A stretch of DNA of 64,000 bases from an uncultured Clostridia bacterium (GTDB taxonomy: Bacteria; Bacillota; Clostridia; Christensenellales; UBA1242): positions 35,996 through 99,995 of the forward strand of contig CANSRZ010000003.1 of NCBI GenBank assembly GCA_947649575.1. Reading direction: 5' to 3'. This document shows positions 9,821 to 18,297 of this stretch, piece after piece. Below the pieces are notes generated by a model. The model saw only the letters and a program-made list of their open reading frames with translations. It ran no database searches and had not been told where the DNA came from. Position 1 is the stretch's first letter. Each line of letters starts with the position of its first letter. The position numbers and the translations under genes are program-made.

Positions 9821-11353
9821 TTAAGCCTTTGCTTGAGCCTTTGGCTTTCTTGCGAAACGCTTTTTTGCCATAATCCAAAAAGAATGCACGTCAACAACGT
9901 TAAACACAGCACATAGCAAAGCAAAACTTGCAACAGCAACAAAACCTCCAAGACATATTGAGATAAAGTTTGGAAAGAAATGCCTGCATAAGCTTGTTAC
10001 AAAAGCAGACAGTGCGGAACACGGCAAAATTAAAAGCGAAATCATCAAAATTGGCTTAAAAAGTTTAAGTTTGATTTTTGTTTTCTTTTGAAGCATTCTT
10101 ACATTCAAAATAGCAGTCACAACAGCGCTTACGCCCATCCCCCAAACAAGAGAATTTATCCCGACCAATCCTGGCAAAAACCAAATCGCCACAAACATAA
10201 AAATTGCGCCTATCAAATAGTTAACAAAACTCTTAACTTCCAGCCCTAGCGAATTTAACAATGCCGAGCTTATATTTGTTATGCCCATTGGAAGCATAAC
10301 CCATGCAGCCGTTTGAAGAAGCGTTCCACTTAGCACATTATCATAAAGAAACACGCCAGTAAGCTCTCCAACGCCCATATAAGCAGGGATGAAGAGTGCT
10401 GAAACGAACAATGCAAACACTATTGAAGTTCTTGCTCTGTTTTCAATATGCCCATAATCGTTTTTTGCCACCGCTGTTGAGATGTCTGGCACAATCGCGG
10501 TTGAAAGTGAGCCAATCACTGTGTTTGGAACAAACAACAATGGCAAAGTCATGCCAACTGCTATCCCATAAAGTGACATGGCTTGGCTTTGAGTGTATCC
10601 AATTGCCATCATTCTTGCAGGAATAATAAGAGCAATCAAGGGTTGAACAAAACTGCCAGCAATTCTTATGGCAGTAATTGGCGAACTTTCCTTGATAAGT
10701 GGCTTCAATATTTTTCTTGACGGCTTTTTCATTTTGCCGCCATAATAGAAATACAAAAGCACAACAAAAATCATAGAGCCAATGCATGCAAATGTCAAAG
10801 ACCATGCCACATTTAAAGCATTTTCGATTGCCGACAACGATGAGCCAACGATAAGCACGCAAATAAATATTCTAAGCACTTGCTCATATAACTCGCTGAC
10901 GCAAAGAGCAAAATAATTCCCCTGTCCCCAGAGCGCACCTCTGCAAACGCAATATACAGAGCTGGCTATTAAACTTGGAAGCAGCACAATCAAGATTTCA
11001 ACGCAGCGAGCATCTGTAAAAAGTGAAGAAAACAATGACTTAAACAAAAATACAACACCACAAAGCACTCCGCTTATCACAAGCGCAAAAATTAAAGCAG
11101 TGGAAACAAGAGCTCCCTCGCTTTTCCCGTCTTTTTTAACTCGATAGCCTGCGCTCATGCGCGAAATAATCAGCGGAATTCCGCTTGACACCACCGTTAA
11201 AAGCACCATGAATATCGAGGATGCCACTTGATACATGCCCAAACTTTCAGCGCCAATCGTCCTTGAAAGATAAATTCTAAAAAAGAACCCTAAAATTCTT
11301 GTCAAAATAGAGAAAAAAGTAATAAGTGCAACCGTTTTAAATAAAGATTTCAT
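9821..11353 (-). CDS. MOP-superfamily flippase (MurJ / SpoVB-like polysaccharide or lipid II exporter)
   Basis: 510 aa with about 14 TM segments. N-terminal ALITFFSILTRILGFFFRIYLSRTIGAESLGMYQ is typical of MurJ/SpoVB proteins. Confidence 0.75.
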   Translation of the reverse strand: MKSLFKTVALITFFSILTRILGFFFRIYLSRTIGAESLGMYQVASSIFMVLLTVVSSGIPLIISRMSAGYRVKKDGKSEGALVSTALIFALVISGVLCGVVFLFKSLFSSLFTDARCVEILIVLLPSLIASSVYCVCRGALWGQGNYFALCVSELYEQVLRIFICVLIVGSSLSAIENALNVAWSLTFACIGSMIFVVLLYFYYGGKMKKPSRKILKPLIKESSPITAIRIAGSFVQPLIALIIPARMMAIGYTQSQAMSLYGIAVGMTLPLLFVPNTVIGSLSTAIVPDISTAVAKNDYGHIENRARTSIVFALFVSALFIPAYMGVGELTGVFLYDNVLSGTLLQTAAWVMLPMGITNISSALLNSLGLEVKSFVNYLIGAIFMFVAIWFLPGLVGINSLVWGMGVSAVVTAILNVRMLQKKTKIKLKLFKPILMISLLILPCSALSAFVTSLCRHFFPNFISICLGGFVAVASFALLCAVFNVVDVHSFWIMAKKRFARKPKAQAKA

Positions 11354-11424
11354 AATGTATTTGTATTAAACAGCTTGTCAATTTAATACAATACTTTAAA
11401 ACAAAATAAAAAAAGGAGCATATT

Positions 11425-11586
11425 ATGCAAATCACACACAGCGAACTATATTGTGTTCAAGAAAATGACACCCTCGCTTCAATAGCCGAGAAATTCAACC
11501 TCAACCCGACCAGCATATTAATAATCAACAACATCACCCCAAAAAACATCCGCAAAGGCTTTGTGCTTTATATACCTCAAAAATAA
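11425..11586 (+). CDS. Small LysM-domain protein (53 aa; below the ORF-track cutoff)
   Basis: AAAAAGGAG RBS 7 nt before the ATG. MQITHSELYCVQENDTLASIAEKFNLNPTSILIINNITPKNIRKGFVLYIPQK fits the LysM pattern (Y.V..GDTL..IA..F......L...N......L..GQ.L.IP). A terminator hairpin follows. Confidence 0.75.
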   Translation: MQITHSELYCVQENDTLASIAEKFNLNPTSILIINNITPKNIRKGFVLYIPQK

Positions 11587-11590
11587 GTGT

Positions 11591-11624
11591 AAAAAAGAAT
11601 AAGTTTTTATCTTATTCTTTTTTA
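11591..11624. terminator. Bidirectional intrinsic terminator
   Basis: AAAGAATAAG-tttttat-CTTATTCTTT with flanking A- and T-runs. Confidence 0.75.
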
Positions 11625-11633
11625 CTTTTAAAT

Positions 11634-12044
11634 TTATGTCAAAACATATCCGTGTTCCGCAAACCATTGAGGAGAAACACTATCTCCACAATCTGCCATC
11701 CAGAAGAGTGCTTTTTGCATAGGCAAATCATTGTTCATTCCATCAACTAATCCCCAATCAGCGAAATCGCCACTAGAATATGCTTTGTTCCCATTCATAA
11801 TGCTGTAACAACTTGAAATTGTTGAATTCTCGTTTGCAAATTTTGCTAATGCAACATTACTGTTAACAATCGCAGAACAGTTTGTCAATGTTACAGAACT
11901 GCTTGCACTTCCTGCCATCGCACCAGCTGAAGAAATATCACTGCCAGTGAATTTTATATATCCGTTCCCTGACAAATTGCTTAAAGTTGCTGAATTTGCA
12001 TTTCCTATAAACAAACCTGCTGCGTCTGAAGCCTTAATCAGCAA
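11634..12044 (-). pseudogene. Displaced 3' portion of the GLUG-repeat surface protein gene (frameshifted relative to 12038..14200)
   Basis: It would have to start at a TTG with no RBS. Its sequence (LIKASDAAGLFIGNANSATLSNLSGNGYIKF...LTNCSAIV...ISSCYSI) continues the repeat periodicity of the upstream ORF. See the finding at 12030..12050. Confidence 0.7.
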
Positions 12045-14200
12045 TTTGTGACAATGCTGTTGTTGATCTTAGGCTGATAACCATCTCCAGACAAACCGCC
12101 CGCCTTTGAACCCTTTATGTTAGAGTTAGAAACATGACAGTTTGACATTGTTCCCATCATATGAGCGGCTGCTATTCCGCCTGCACAACTACTACTTCCC
12201 GTTGCAGTGACATTGCCAATAAATACACATCCTGTTATGGTAACAGTACTACCTGAAGTTGTAAAAATTCCGCCTGCATATCCGCTTGCATGGGTATTCT
12301 CAAGAGTAACTTCACTTCTGCAATTGATAATATTCCCTGAATATTGTGCCAAACCAACAATTCCGCCTAAATATTGCTTGCTTGTTGTCATATATGAGTT
12401 CTTTACAATAACATTTTTTATTGTTGCATTACAGTTAAAGTCGTTTCCAACATAGCCAAACAGTCCTTGATAATCACCCTGTGAATCATCCAAGTTGATT
12501 CCACTAATAGAATAATTTCCGCCGTCATACTTGCCATTAAATGCTTGGTCAAAACCCTTGCCAATAGCAATCCATTTGTACTTACTTAAGTCAATGTCAC
12601 AGGCCTGCAAAATAAATTTATTTTCAAAATTATCCACGCCGTCATTAACAAGCTGAGCCAATCCCGCCAACTTCTCCGCCGAGTCAATTATATAAGGATT
12701 GCTTTCGCTATCCCCCACCCCCTCAACATGCCATGAAGTGTCAGTCAAAGCTATCCAATGAGTGGCTTTCCAAATAGCTTTTACAATTGACTCCTCTTCA
12801 CCGAATATAAAAGTATTTCCACTAATAGAACCATCACCTGTTACCTCCCAATAATCAAATATATGATATTGTTTTGTAGGAACTGAAAGTACTAATTCAG
12901 TTCCTTTCTTATCCAACACTTCTAACAAACCATCATAATCTCCACCGTTAACATCAATAGTCACTTTACTCAACGCTGCGTTATTATTTAAAAATATTGG
13001 ATACCCATTGTTTTGACTATTTATTATTGTCCAAACATTTTCAAAATCCCATTTATAAGTTTCATCTTTCACAGACCAGTTACTATCATCTAAATACCAA
13101 TTTTTATTTTTAGCATATTCAGTTGAATTTAAATCAACTATTTTTGTTCCAGAGGCAGACATATTACTATATGTAGGCTCCCCATGACCGCTGAATGAAG
13201 AGCATTCGCCTCCATAATAACAATTATTTGTATGAACATCAAGTTCATACTGAGTAATAGAATCTCCTCTAACGTATTTATATCCAATCAAACCACCTGA
13301 CTTACTACCTGAGCACTTACCAACATTAAAACAATTTGTTATAGTTGTGCCCCTAGCGTATCCGACAAGTCCGCCTGCATAATAACCTTGTATTGTCCCA
13401 GTATTATAACAATTACTTATTTTTATGTAATTCCCCGCACTATCCCCTGCTATGCCTCCAACATAGGCTGAAGATGCAGTAGCACTCACGTTTGCAGTAC
13501 TATAACAGTTTTTAATATTTACATATGAATCTACACGCCCCACAAGTCCGCCAACTCTATTACTTCCTTCAATAACAGAGTCAATTACACCCAAATTTTT
13601 TATCGTTATTTCAGTTTGATACGGATAACTCGGACCTCCACCTTTAACATAACTAAATAAACCTTTATAATCACCAGATTTTGTAAACACTCCTGATACT
13701 GTATGTCCATCACCATCATAATTCCCATGAAAATATCTGTAACTGCTACCAACTCCAATCGGTTGCCACCAATAATCTGAAACATCAATATCACAAGTTT
13801 GTCTAAAATAACATTTGGAATAGTAATAATATGATACAGTACCATACGCCCCATTAACTGTGTCATAACTCACTGTATTTTTATATATTGTATATGACAG
13901 CCCTGCTAATTCTTCCGCACTAGAGATTAAATAAGGTGAATCTTCAGAGCCACTACCTTCCCAGTCAAAATCAAGCGTTATGTTCCCACTGTCATGTGCT
14001 TCATTCCAATATTTATCATTTGTTGGCTCCGTTGCGCCTTGGGTTAACTGGCCTGGCTGGACAATTTGTGATTTAGATGAAAAATTGCCTAGGCCAAAAA
14101 CCAAGCCAAAGGTTAAAGCTAATACGCCAAGTGCTGATAAGCCGCCTGTTAGCCATGAAATCAATTTCTTTTTATTGATACCATTTCCAACCTTTATCAT
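12038..14200 (-). CDS. Large surface protein with GLUG-motif repeats and an InlB-B/Listeria-Bacteroides-type repeat, on an N-terminal signal anchor
   Basis: ATGGAGG RBS. N-terminal LISWLTGGLSALGVLALTFGLVFGL. Repeated GGLVG/GGIAG/GGLIG units are separated by N-C-(Y/F) turns. Two PYxIxSAEELAGL...CDIDxSxYxWxPIG modules are present. VTIDVNGGDYDG...FDYWEVTGDG is the InlB-B-type repeat. Confidence 0.8.
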   Translation of the reverse strand: MIKVGNGINKKKLISWLTGGLSALGVLALTFGLVFGLGNFSSKSQIVQPGQLTQGATEPTNDKYWNEAHDSGNITLDFDWEGSGSEDSPYLISSAEELAGLSYTIYKNTVSYDTVNGAYGTVSYYYYSKCYFRQTCDIDVSDYWWQPIGVGSSYRYFHGNYDGDGHTVSGVFTKSGDYKGLFSYVKGGGPSYPYQTEITIKNLGVIDSVIEGSNRVGGLVGRVDSYVNIKNCYSTANVSATASSAYVGGIAGDSAGNYIKISNCYNTGTIQGYYAGGLVGYARGTTITNCFNVGKCSGSKSGGLIGYKYVRGDSITQYELDVHTNNCYYGGECSSFSGHGEPTYSNMSASGTKIVDLNSTEYAKNKNWYLDDSNWSVKDETYKWDFENVWTIINSQNNGYPIFLNNNAALSKVTIDVNGGDYDGLLEVLDKKGTELVLSVPTKQYHIFDYWEVTGDGSISGNTFIFGEEESIVKAIWKATHWIALTDTSWHVEGVGDSESNPYIIDSAEKLAGLAQLVNDGVDNFENKFILQACDIDLSKYKWIAIGKGFDQAFNGKYDGGNYSISGINLDDSQGDYQGLFGYVGNDFNCNATIKNVIVKNSYMTTSKQYLGGIVGLAQYSGNIINCRSEVTLENTHASGYAGGIFTTSGSTVTITGCVFIGNVTATGSSSCAGGIAAAHMMGTMSNCHVSNSNIKGSKAGGLSGDGYQPKINNSIVTNC

Positions 14201-14320
14201 ATATAACCTCCATATTTATCATAAACCATTGTAACATTTTTATCAAAAATATCCAAATATTTCAGGCAGTTTTTGCGTAATATTACAATTTTTGAAAATA
14301 GATTTATAATTTTCAAAATC

Positions 14321-14348
14321 AGTATAGCAAATCCCCCCCCCGTGTCAA
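14321..14348 (-). promoter_or_regulatory. Sigma-A-type promoter with a G9 tract (C9 on the + strand) in its 16-nt spacer, upstream of the GLUG surface protein gene
   Basis: The reverse strand reads TTGACA(14348-14343)-CGGGGGGGGGATTTGC-TATACT(14326-14321). The tract spans 14333-14341. Confidence 0.6.
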
Positions 14349-14547
14349 CTAAATCTTAAACAAAGTTAAATTATTTTCAGTTGACACGGGAACAAAGCCA
14401 GACTTCGCGGGTCTTGTATATTTTTGACATGTGGGCAGTCAACTTTTTGTGAAAGAAAGTTCAAACTTTTTTTCGTTTCCACGGGAACTCGGCCTGACCT
14501 ACGAAGAAATAATGCATATTTTTATACAAAAATTAGTGTCAACGGCA

Positions 14548-15276
14548 CTAAACTTTCTTTTTTCTAAACAATCTGCTCATAAAATTTTCAATTTGGTCTT
14601 TGTATTTGATTGTTATTATAATCATAACAAGTGCCAGCAAGATTATTCCGCCCCACACAAATAAGCCCCAACCATTATAAGGAATAAGCTCGCCGCCACC
14701 TAAGTAAGCAGTTGTTATCACGCCGACTGGCCTTGTCAAAAACTGAGTTACTATAAAAAACAGCCAAGTCATGTCCGTCACGCCTGCCACAAGACATAAA
14801 ACATCATCTGGGAAAAATGGAAGAAGCATCATAATCACATAGCTATATTTGCCGTTGTCTAAAAATTTTATCCATTTGTTGCAACTCTCTTTTCCGACCA
14901 TAAAAACAACAAGTTTTTTCCCAAAAGTTTTGCCTAAATAAAACGCAAGTGCAGAGCCAAGCAATATTCCTGAAAGAGAAAGCAGCGACGCTTGAATTGG
15001 ACCATAAACAAGGCTGCCCGCAATCACAAGCACGCTTGCAGGGATTGGCAAAAAAGTCACTTGCAAAAATTGCAGTAACACAAAAATAGCTCTCCCATAA
15101 AAGCCCATGCTGAGAATAAGATTTTTCACTTTATCAACACTGTTAACCTTATCCCAAAGCCCAGTCCAAACAAGGAGTCCATAAACTCCGCCAAAGAACA
15201 ATGCTATTGCCAAGATTACAATAACAATATGCACAATCTTTTTACGCGTTGAAAACTCCTCTTTATTCTCATTCAT
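14548..15276 (-). CDS. TVP38/TMEM64 (DedA-related, SNARE-associated) family membrane protein
   Basis: FVLLQFLQVTFLPIPASVLVIAGSLVYGP...LGKTFGKKLV and FFPDDVLCLVAGVT are typical of the family. Length is 242 aa. Confidence 0.75.
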   Translation of the reverse strand: MNENKEEFSTRKKIVHIVIVILAIALFFGGVYGLLVWTGLWDKVNSVDKVKNLILSMGFYGRAIFVLLQFLQVTFLPIPASVLVIAGSLVYGPIQASLLSLSGILLGSALAFYLGKTFGKKLVVFMVGKESCNKWIKFLDNGKYSYVIMMLLPFFPDDVLCLVAGVTDMTWLFFIVTQFLTRPVGVITTAYLGGGELIPYNGWGLFVWGGIILLALVMIIITIKYKDQIENFMSRLFRKKKV

Positions 15277-15285
15277 AGCTATTGT

Positions 15286-16896
15286 TTAGGCTTCAAAAGA
15301 AGCTGGATATGTTTTTGTAAACTTTGTCCTAATATTTTCCAAATGTTCCTGAGTAACCTTTTGAGCAGGGATTAATTTAACATCACTGTTTGGAATTGTC
15401 ATTCCCTCGCCAATTTGGTCTTTGCCCTCAACAACAACGCCCTCTTGTGGCCAATAATAGTCGTGACGCAGTTCTTTCTCTTTTTTCACTTCTCCGTCTT
15501 TAATGTATTGCACATAGGCTTTTGTTTCATAACCCTCTTTTGGATATTTTACTCTGTAATATTCGCCTTTGTATAAAACTTGATTTGCATATTCCCCATT
15601 AGTGTCCTCAACAATCTTATCTCCGTTATGAGCTATTATATCAACAAGCTCACTGCGCAATTTTATACATTCTCCCTCTGGCAAACTTTCGCCAAAAATC
15701 TGAACATTAACAGTATTTGCATCACAAAAAGTTTTGATATATAGTGGTGAGCCTGTTGTATTTTTGAAAACCAAATCAGCATAGCCCTCAGACACCATGG
15801 CGTCAGTTGATAATGGCACATAAGAAACAGGAAGAGAATGATGATGAACTTCCAAGATTTCTACATCGCTAAGCACAAGCGCATTGTATAAAGTTGTGGA
15901 AGCCTGGCAAACGCCACCTCCGCTTCCCTCAACAAAAACACCATTTTTGATAATGTTAGCTTTTTGATAGCCGTTCTCTTCACTTCGCACACCTGTAACT
16001 TGATTAAAAGAAATCTCTGCGTCAGGCTCGACAATCATTCCGTTAAACTTTGAAAGTGCAAGCTTAACATTCTCCTTTCTCTGCTTTGACGAAGTTGAAT
16101 AATTTGTGCTGAAAGTGCTTCTAAGCGCTATTTTGCTTGATAGAACTTCTTCCTCACCCTCTGGCAAAACTGGATTTGTTGGAATTTCTAACTCAACCTG
16201 TTTTGACTCTGAAAGTGCATGTTTAAGGTCATTTAAAAGTTTTTCTCTATCAACCACCTCGCCAGCCTGAGCGTCTTTGATTTGAAACATAACTTCATCA
16301 TCTGGCTGAAAAGATACATAAGCCAATTGTGGCTCTTTGTTTATTTCATTAGAAATCTCATCAATGCGATTTTCAAGACCGCCAAGAATTTCAGCATAAG
16401 AAATGTTATAATCCAAGCCCTCCTCTTTTATCTTTTTGGCAATCTTATTCTTTTCAAAAACATTACCCTCTCTGCCATAAGCAAGAACCTCCAAAACTTG
16501 CTGTGAAATATCAGGATTAACCTCAAAATCACTGCCCTTAAATTGCCAAATTTTATCATCATATTTTAATGTAACATTGACTTCATCAACTTTTTCAAGC
16601 ATTTTAGCACTTACAACATTGCTGGCTTCTTGCCTGTTAAGCCCTGAAACATCCACGCCATTGATATGCGTGTTTTGATAAAAAACCGTATTTTCGTTTA
16701 AACTATCACCGAAATAAAATTGGCAAAATAGAAGCAATCCCACAGCCACAAAAGAAACTCCCAAAAGCCAAAATGCTCCTGCGCGCTTTTGCTTTTTGTC
16801 AGATTTGACATTTCCTTTTTTATCGGATTTTTCAACTTTTTCTTGCTTTTTAACAACTTTTTTGTTGTTTTTTACTTTATTTTCTGATTTAGTCAT
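15286..16896 (-). CDS. VanW-family protein (membrane-anchored)
   Basis: VanW core motif GYQKANIIKNGVFVEGSGGGVCQASTTLYNA, an N-terminal lysine-rich tail, and a TM segment (AFWLLGVSFVAVGLLLFCQFYF). Confidence 0.8.
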   Translation of the reverse strand: MTKSENKVKNNKKVVKKQEKVEKSDKKGNVKSDKKQKRAGAFWLLGVSFVAVGLLLFCQFYFGDSLNENTVFYQNTHINGVDVSGLNRQEASNVVSAKMLEKVDEVNVTLKYDDKIWQFKGSDFEVNPDISQQVLEVLAYGREGNVFEKNKIAKKIKEEGLDYNISYAEILGGLENRIDEISNEINKEPQLAYVSFQPDDEVMFQIKDAQAGEVVDREKLLNDLKHALSESKQVELEIPTNPVLPEGEEEVLSSKIALRSTFSTNYSTSSKQRKENVKLALSKFNGMIVEPDAEISFNQVTGVRSEENGYQKANIIKNGVFVEGSGGGVCQASTTLYNALVLSDVEILEVHHHSLPVSYVPLSTDAMVSEGYADLVFKNTTGSPLYIKTFCDANTVNVQIFGESLPEGECIKLRSELVDIIAHNGDKIVEDTNGEYANQVLYKGEYYRVKYPKEGYETKAYVQYIKDGEVKKEKELRHDYYWPQEGVVVEGKDQIGEGMTIPNSDVKLIPAQKVTQEHLENIRTKFTKTYPASFEA

Positions 16897-16960
16897 AAAA
16901 AAACCTCTAAATTATTATGCAAACAAAATTTGTTTTTATGTTAATTTAAAGGTTTTATTT

Positions 16961-18196
16961 TTATAAATATTTAAGTTTAGAATCTAATGCGCTCAGCAAA
17001 TCCTCTTTTGTGTTTTGCAACTTCCCGTCAAACACGTCACTTAATAAGCTTTCCAAAATTGCCTTATATCTTTTTGCCTCAACTTTAGGCGCAAATTTTT
17101 TGATGTCATCGCCATTGATTTTAAGGTCTTTGACTTGAATAACAAGTTTATGTCTGATAATGTATCTATAAAAAAAGTCATATTTATTTGCAAGCGTTCT
17201 TGATTTATGAATCAACAACTTGTAAATTGTTGCAAAATTTTCAAAATATTTAAAGAAATAGCTTTTGTTTTCAAGCCCATTCAAAGCATCATAATATCCT
17301 GACAAAATGTTGATAAGGTTTGCCATGATTTTTTTGTTAACACCCGATTCAGTCAAAAAATGCTCAAGAAAATATGAAATTGAAATTGGATTTGTTGTGT
17401 CCACAAGGTCAATCAAAAAACCTTGCGTTTTATGTTCCACTTTTTTGACCATATTCAGTTTAAGCTTAGGCTCATCAATGCCAAAGCAGTGCCAAAGATT
17501 GTATTTGTTAAAAAGTTTAAAAGGCTTCATAAATGCGTTATTTTTGCTATGTCCTGGATAGCGCGTTGAACTATGCAAAAGTTTAACCATTTCGCTCAGT
17601 TTGCGGTCATCAGAAAGCGCAGAAATATTGCTTGAATATTTAATCGCTGTCAGCAAAGTGTCTTTATCAATTTTAAAGCCAAGTTCTGCCTGAAATCTGA
17701 ACAGCCTTAAAATTCGCACGCCGTCTTTTGATAAAACATATTCAGGAGTTTCAACAGCTCTGATAACCTTTTGCTTCAAGTCCTCAATGCCGTTATAGAA
17801 ATCCAAAAGTTCATCCCTTGAAATGTCATAATATATTGCGTTTATTGTGAAATCTCTTCGTTTTGCATCCTCTTCTGGACTTGTAATAAATTCAACAGCA
17901 ATTGGACTATGCTCGCCATTGTCAGAATACTCCTCTTTTCTGAAACAAGAGTATTCATATTTTTGTTCGTCTTTGCTTATAATTGCAGTGCCAAGCGTTT
18001 TGCTTTTGATTTTAACTTCAAATCCGCTGCCTTTCAAAAGTTCATGCAAATGCTCCACTTTGATATCAGAACAAATATCAACATCGTCAATAGGGAGTCC
18101 TAGCAAACTGTTGCGAACAAAACCGCCAACAACAAAAAGTTTGTTGTTAAAGCATTTGCATAGATTTTTCAAATCACTTGAAATTTTTATTTCCAT
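16961..18196 (-). CDS. cca: CCA-adding tRNA nucleotidyltransferase / poly(A) polymerase-family enzyme
   Basis: Head-domain motifs LFVVGGFVRNSLLGLPIDDVDI and RRDFTINAIYYD. Confidence 0.8.
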   Translation of the reverse strand: MEIKISSDLKNLCKCFNNKLFVVGGFVRNSLLGLPIDDVDICSDIKVEHLHELLKGSGFEVKIKSKTLGTAIISKDEQKYEYSCFRKEEYSDNGEHSPIAVEFITSPEEDAKRRDFTINAIYYDISRDELLDFYNGIEDLKQKVIRAVETPEYVLSKDGVRILRLFRFQAELGFKIDKDTLLTAIKYSSNISALSDDRKLSEMVKLLHSSTRYPGHSKNNAFMKPFKLFNKYNLWHCFGIDEPKLKLNMVKKVEHKTQGFLIDLVDTTNPISISYFLEHFLTESGVNKKIMANLINILSGYYDALNGLENKSYFFKYFENFATIYKLLIHKSRTLANKYDFFYRYIIRHKLVIQVKDLKINGDDIKKFAPKVEAKRYKAILESLLSDVFDGKLQNTKEDLLSALDSKLKYL

Positions 18197-18297
18197 AACC
18201 TATCCTTTTTAATAGAATAACTAATTTTTTTTAGAAAGTCAACTTTTTAACGCATATTTAATTTGACATTTCTTTTAAAGATTTATATACTATAATT

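Noticed and set aside
10443-10862. 139-aa ORF inside the flippase gene, and similar internal ORFs (6780..7172, 13606..13866, 36162..36512 and others)
   Set aside because: They are out-of-frame overlaps with long, motif-supported genes and have no translation signals.
14339-14390. The inverted repeat as an intrinsic terminator for the TVP38 gene, or as an invertible promoter switch
   Set aside because: On the transcribed (reverse) strand the hairpin is followed by a G-run, not a U-run. The arms enclose only 28 nt and no invertase or recombinase gene is present. It is kept only as a possible protein-binding element.
14431-14664. 77-aa + strand ORF (GTG start) in the region upstream of the GLUG gene
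   Set aside because: It has no RBS, overlaps the 3' end of the TVP38 gene in antisense, and has implausible composition. The region is better explained as regulatory or non-coding.
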